Shown here: positions 60,469-64,000 of the stretch, in pieces | How the letters are laid out: each line of letters opens with the position of its first letter | How positions within the stretch are numbered: the stretch's first letter is position 1 | Source of the DNA: Oligoflexales bacterium | Lineage (GTDB): Bacteria; Bdellovibrionota_B; Oligoflexia; Oligoflexales; JAPPIL01 | Assembly (NCBI GenBank): GCA_965215515.1 | Contig: OZ244057.1 | Coordinates: forward strand, 1,632,001-1,696,000 | DNA: 64,000 nt | Direction of reading: 5' to 3' | The notes under the pieces: generated by a model | Seen by the model: the letters and a program-made list of their open reading frames with translations, nothing else | Database searches by the model: none | What the model was told of the DNA's origin: nothing | Translations under genes and position numbers: made by a program

Positions 60469-61832
60469 GCCTCTGCCCTGATAATAAAGGCACTAAAACC
60501 ATCCATAGCATCATGATTACCAGGATATATCTGCAAGATATTGCGACGCGTAACATAACGCTTGTAATAATCAGGCAACCGACTGACAGGCGAAACCAAC
60601 GTCATGCGCTCCCCTAACTCTGCCCGCACATAATCAAGCACCGCATTTGACTCCTCCGCCTCAAACGAACATACGCTGTAAACCAACTCGCCGCCCTTCC
60701 GCAACCAGGCGAAAGCCCTGACAATCAACTCACGTTGCAACTGCGCCAGTCGCTTGATCAGTGCCTCCTCCTTATGCCACTTGCCCTCTGGATGTCGCCG
60801 CAACACCCCTAAACCCGAACAAGGAGCATCGAGCAATATTTTGTGTGCCCGCGTCTTACTCGACCACTTGCTGATATCCTCGCACAAAAATACCACCCCT
60901 TCATGCCCCAAACGCCGCAACGCCTCCTCCGCCTGCTGCAAGCGCACCGCACTCTTGTCGATAGCCGTAATACACGCCGCACCATCCGACAACTCACAAA
61001 GATGCGAAAGCTTGCCACCAACTCCACTACACAAATCGAACACCGTCTCACCCGCACGCGGATTGACCAAAAACGATACCAGCTGCGCCGCCTCATCCTG
61101 AACGGTATAAAACCCCGCCGCAAACAACGAACCGTCCGCCAACTGCGGAAAACTACGCAACTTCAAGCTACAACGCAACGGACGACGCTCGGCATGCAAA
61201 CGCTCCTCCCGCAACAAACGACTCTGCAGGCGATGCGCAGGCAAACCACGCCGCGTATTGACCCGCACAAACACAGGCGGCACACGATTGTTGGCAGAAG
61301 CAATCTCCTCCGTGCGCTCATAACTAAACTGCGTCAACCAACGCTCAATCATCCAACGCGGATGCGCATACTGCAACGACAAGTACGCCGCAGGCTCCCT
61401 GACCTTGTCAGGCTTAGCAAAATACTCCGCCCGTCGCGCAATCTGACGCAAAATGCCGTTGACAAACGAACAGGCATTAGCCTGCCCCTTTTTTCTAATA
61501 TACTCCACACTCTCGTTGACCGCAGCCCTGTCAGGCACACGATCCATGTAATAAATCTGATAAGTGCCGAGAATAAGCGCCGACCTCACCTGCGGCGTAA
61601 CCCTCGCCAGATCACGATTGGCGGTATTTTGTAAAATCCAAAACATCTTTGCGTGCCAGCGCAAACTACCATACAGCAACTCCTTAACGAAGTTTTTATC
61701 TATCCTCTTGATATTTTTGGCATGCTTCTCATAGAGGTAAGCCACCGCAGCCTCTGGTTTGCGGCGGTGATCCATCACTTCGACGAAAGCATCTAGTGCT
61801 ACCTCACGCACTAGTGATAACCTCGCAGTCAA
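60465..61832 (-). CDS. rsmB: 16S rRNA m5C967 methyltransferase RsmB/Sun
   Basis: NusB-like N-terminus (AAVNESVE, FVNGILR), QDEAAQ, DLCSGVGGK, LLDAPCSGLG, YSVCS. Confidence 0.92.
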   Translation of the reverse strand: MTARLSLVREVALDAFVEVMDHRRKPEAAVAYLYEKHAKNIKRIDKNFVKELLYGSLRWHAKMFWILQNTANRDLARVTPQVRSALILGTYQIYYMDRVPDRAAVNESVEYIRKKGQANACSFVNGILRQIARRAEYFAKPDKVREPAAYLSLQYAHPRWMIERWLTQFSYERTEEIASANNRVPPVFVRVNTRRGLPAHRLQSRLLREERLHAERRPLRCSLKLRSFPQLADGSLFAAGFYTVQDEAAQLVSFLVNPRAGETVFDLCSGVGGKLSHLCELSDGAACITAIDKSAVRLQQAEEALRRLGHEGVVFLCEDISKWSSKTRAHKILLDAPCSGLGVLRRHPEGKWHKEEALIKRLAQLQRELIVRAFAWLRKGGELVYSVCSFEAEESNAVLDYVRAELGERMTLVSPVSRLPDYYKRYVTRRNILQIYPGNHDAMDGFSAFIIRAEA

Positions 61833-61938
61833 AATTTTCAGCTCACGCAGTTATTGTTGAGGCACAACACGACCGTGTGTCCGTCGGACAACAGCCCCTT
61901 CTATCGTCTCACATTCAGCGGGGGATTTCACGAAACAA

Positions 61939-62277
61939 TCATGAGACGGTCTGGTCTTCTCGCCAACGTGCGCCTTGCTCAGGGGTGGTGTAGGACGCAG
62001 GCTCGCTACTTTTTGCTGTTATTTCAAGTAATTGTTTGCGTAATTGCTTCACATCGAGGGCTTTGCGTAACCACTCGTAGCCAAAAAAAACGGCGGTAAA
62101 ACAAATGCCAACCACGAAGGCAAGAAATAAGGCGAGCGAAACATTCATGCTGACTGCCTGATCAGTAACTGGCACTCTCACCAGCAAATCATGATTGTTG
62201 TTGATGGCGAAATAAACCCCCGCCCCCAACAACAACACCGCCACCAGTAACTTCAACAACCTGAGGAAAAACCCCAC
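61939..62277 (-). CDS. LapA-family two-TM membrane protein
   Basis: FAINN, second TM helix ending FVVG, then coiled coil; downstream of rpsA as in other diderms. Confidence 0.65.
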   Translation of the reverse strand: MGFFLRLLKLLVAVLLLGAGVYFAINNNHDLLVRVPVTDQAVSMNVSLALFLAFVVGICFTAVFFGYEWLRKALDVKQLRKQLLEITAKSSEPASYTTPEQGARWREDQTVS

Positions 62278-62280
62278 GTC

Positions 62281-64000
62281 TCAGTCCTCCACCTGCGGTG
62301 AGGCGATCTTCGTCTCACCTACCTGCTTGTCCACATCTTCGCTCGCCTCCGCCTGCCTCGTCTCACCCTCGGAAGCAGGCTGCCCAGCCTGCCCCTCGTC
62401 AACACCTTCTGTTGTTGCTGACAGCCCTGTATCAACGGTCTGCTCCGTCTTGTCCGCCTCTCCTGCCTCGACACTGACAGGAGAAACCTCGCTATCACCC
62501 ACCTCTTGTTCACGACGGATCTTTTTCTTTCTGCGTCCCCCTCTGCTATCACGTATCTTGGAGAAGGCATCCGCCATGCGGGTTTTAGGTTTGGCAGTAT
62601 CGATATACTCCTGCAACTGTTCGCCGTGTAGGTTGCGTAAGCGAGCCCTACGAGACAAAGAAAAGCGGCGCTCCTCGGAATCGACCGCCAGCACCACGAA
62701 ATCAAGCAGGTCGCCCTTGCGGCAAACATCGTGCGGTTTCTCGAACTCGGTGTCGGACAACTCGCTCTGATGAATAAGACCCTCGACACCATTGCCTAGC
62801 TGCACGAACACGCCAAAATCAGTGACCTTCTCAACCTGACCGCTGGCAGTCGCACCGACAGGGTACTGCTCCGCAACGGTGTTGAAAGGATCTTCCGTAA
62901 GCTGCTTCACCCCTAGCGAGAATTTGCCCTCATCGACATCAATCTGCAACACCTTCGCCTTGATAGGATCACCCTTGCGATAAAGATCACCAGGGTGCTT
63001 AACACGCTCAGACCAACTGATATCAGAGATGTGCACCAGACCATCGATAGGCTCACCTACACCGACAAAAATGCCAAAATCAGTGATGTTGCGCACCTCG
63101 CCCTCCACCGTATCGCCCACCTGATACTTGGTACGAATAGTCTCCCACGGATTGGGTTCGGTCTGTTTCATGCCGAGACTGATACGGCGAGCATCAGGAT
63201 CGACCGCTAACACCACCACATCGACACCATCACCGATCTGCACACACTTGGAAGGATGCTTGACACGCTTCGACCACGACATCTCGCTGACATGAATCAA
63301 TCCCTCGATACCCGCTTCCAGCTCGACGAAAGCTCCATAATCAGTCAAACTAACTACCCGCCCCTTGACACGCGAGTTTAATTCGTACTTGTCCGCCGCC
63401 GCAACCCAAGGATCAGGCAGCAGCTGCTTGTAACCCAGCGACACCCGCTGCTTGTTAGGATCGTAACTCAATACCTGTACCCGCGCCTCCTCACCGACCT
63501 CAAACAACTGTGAGGGGTGATTGATCCGCCCCCACGACATGTCGGTGATGTGCAGTAACCCGTCGATACCACCCAAATCGATGAATACCCCATAGTCGGT
63601 GATATTCTTGACGATGCCAGTCAACACCGCCCCTGACTTGAGATTCTGCATGATCTCCTCGCGCATCTTCTCGCGATCCTGCTCCAACAAGACACGGCGA
63701 CTGAGCACGATATTGTTGCGCTTTTTGTTAAATTTAATGATGCGAAACTGGTACTTATTGCCCATCATGTGGTCAAAAGTCTTGACGGGACGCAAGTCAA
63801 CCTGCGAACCAGGCAGAAACGCCTTCACCCCCACATCGACTGAAAGACCACCCTTAACTCTGGAGATGACCACCCCCTCGATGATCTCATCATCCTCGTA
63901 AGCTTTAGAAATGCGATCCCACGCACGCATAACCTCAGCCCGCTCGCGGCTGAGCACCATCTCACCGCTGTTGTCCTCGAAAGTATCGAGATAAACCTCT
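62281..64000 (-). CDS. rpsA: 30S ribosomal protein S1 (5' part outside the window)
   Basis: Repeated S1 domains (AFLPGSQVDLRP, ITDYGVFIDLGGIDGLLHITDMSWGR); frame open to the window edge; acidic C-terminal extension. Confidence 0.96.
   Translation of the reverse strand, partial: EVYLDTFEDNSGEMVLSRERAEVMRAWDRISKAYEDDEIIEGVVISRVKGGLSVDVGVKAFLPGSQVDLRPVKTFDHMMGNKYQFRIIKFNKKRNNIVLSRRVLLEQDREKMREEIMQNLKSGAVLTGIVKNITDYGVFIDLGGIDGLLHITDMSWGRINHPSQLFEVGEEARVQVLSYDPNKQRVSLGYKQLLPDPWVAAADKYELNSRVKGRVVSLTDYGAFVELEAGIEGLIHVSEMSWSKRVKHPSKCVQIGDGVDVVVLAVDPDARRISLGMKQTEPNPWETIRTKYQVGDTVEGEVRNITDFGIFVGVGEPIDGLVHISDISWSERVKHPGDLYRKGDPIKAKVLQIDVDEGKFSLGVKQLTEDPFNTVAEQYPVGATASGQVEKVTDFGVFVQLGNGVEGLIHQSELSDTEFEKPHDVCRKGDLLDFVVLAVDSEERRFSLSRRARLRNLHGEQLQEYIDTAKPKTRMADAFSKIRDSRGGRRKKKIRREQEVGDSEVSPVSVEAGEADKTEQTVDTGLSATTEGVDEGQAGQPASEGETRQAEASEDVDKQVGETKIASPQVED

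Overview
Positions ~1-53005 are a composite, partly decayed mobile island that abuts the 3' end of a tRNA-Arg(CCT) gene. Positions ~53006-64000 are ordinary chromosome: kbl-like gene, bioD-bioA fusion, DUF285/BspA repeat lipoprotein, type IV pilin, rsmB, lapA-like gene, partial rpsA. The island has four parts. (A) ~1-14870: an ICE with a serine recombinase and a compact VirB2-3-4-5-6-8-9-10-like operon. In place of VirD4, VirB11 and a HUH relaxase, the operon carries an FtsK/SpoIIIE ATPase and a Replic_Relax protein. It also has two sigma-70 region-4 proteins, a divergent XRE regulator and an AbiE toxin-antitoxin (TA) pair. (B) ~15100-24440: defence-like cargo: a broken DNA MTase-nuclease, an SPL-like radical SAM + ASCH operon, a Phd-like/MazF-like pair, a trypsin + PIN-like pair and recombinase remnants. 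(C) ~24700-46550: an integrated plasmid-like element with ParA and partner, a DnaC-TrfA-like fusion initiator carrying an in-frame stop, an iteron/DnaA-box origin, a second AbiE pair, an F-type tra operon containing a PilB/GspE ATPase, a second copy of the XRE regulator with the same palindromic operator, a relaxase remnant and a HigBA-like TA pair. (D) ~46600-53000: restriction-modification remnants, two Rpn genes between IS ends, and a recombinase tail that runs into the tRNA. Many island genes appear to have internal deletions, which may be real decay or assembly collapse. All family assignments come from motif recognition by eye, not database searches. The gene content suggests a Bdellovibrionota/Oligoflexia-like diderm host, but that is inference.
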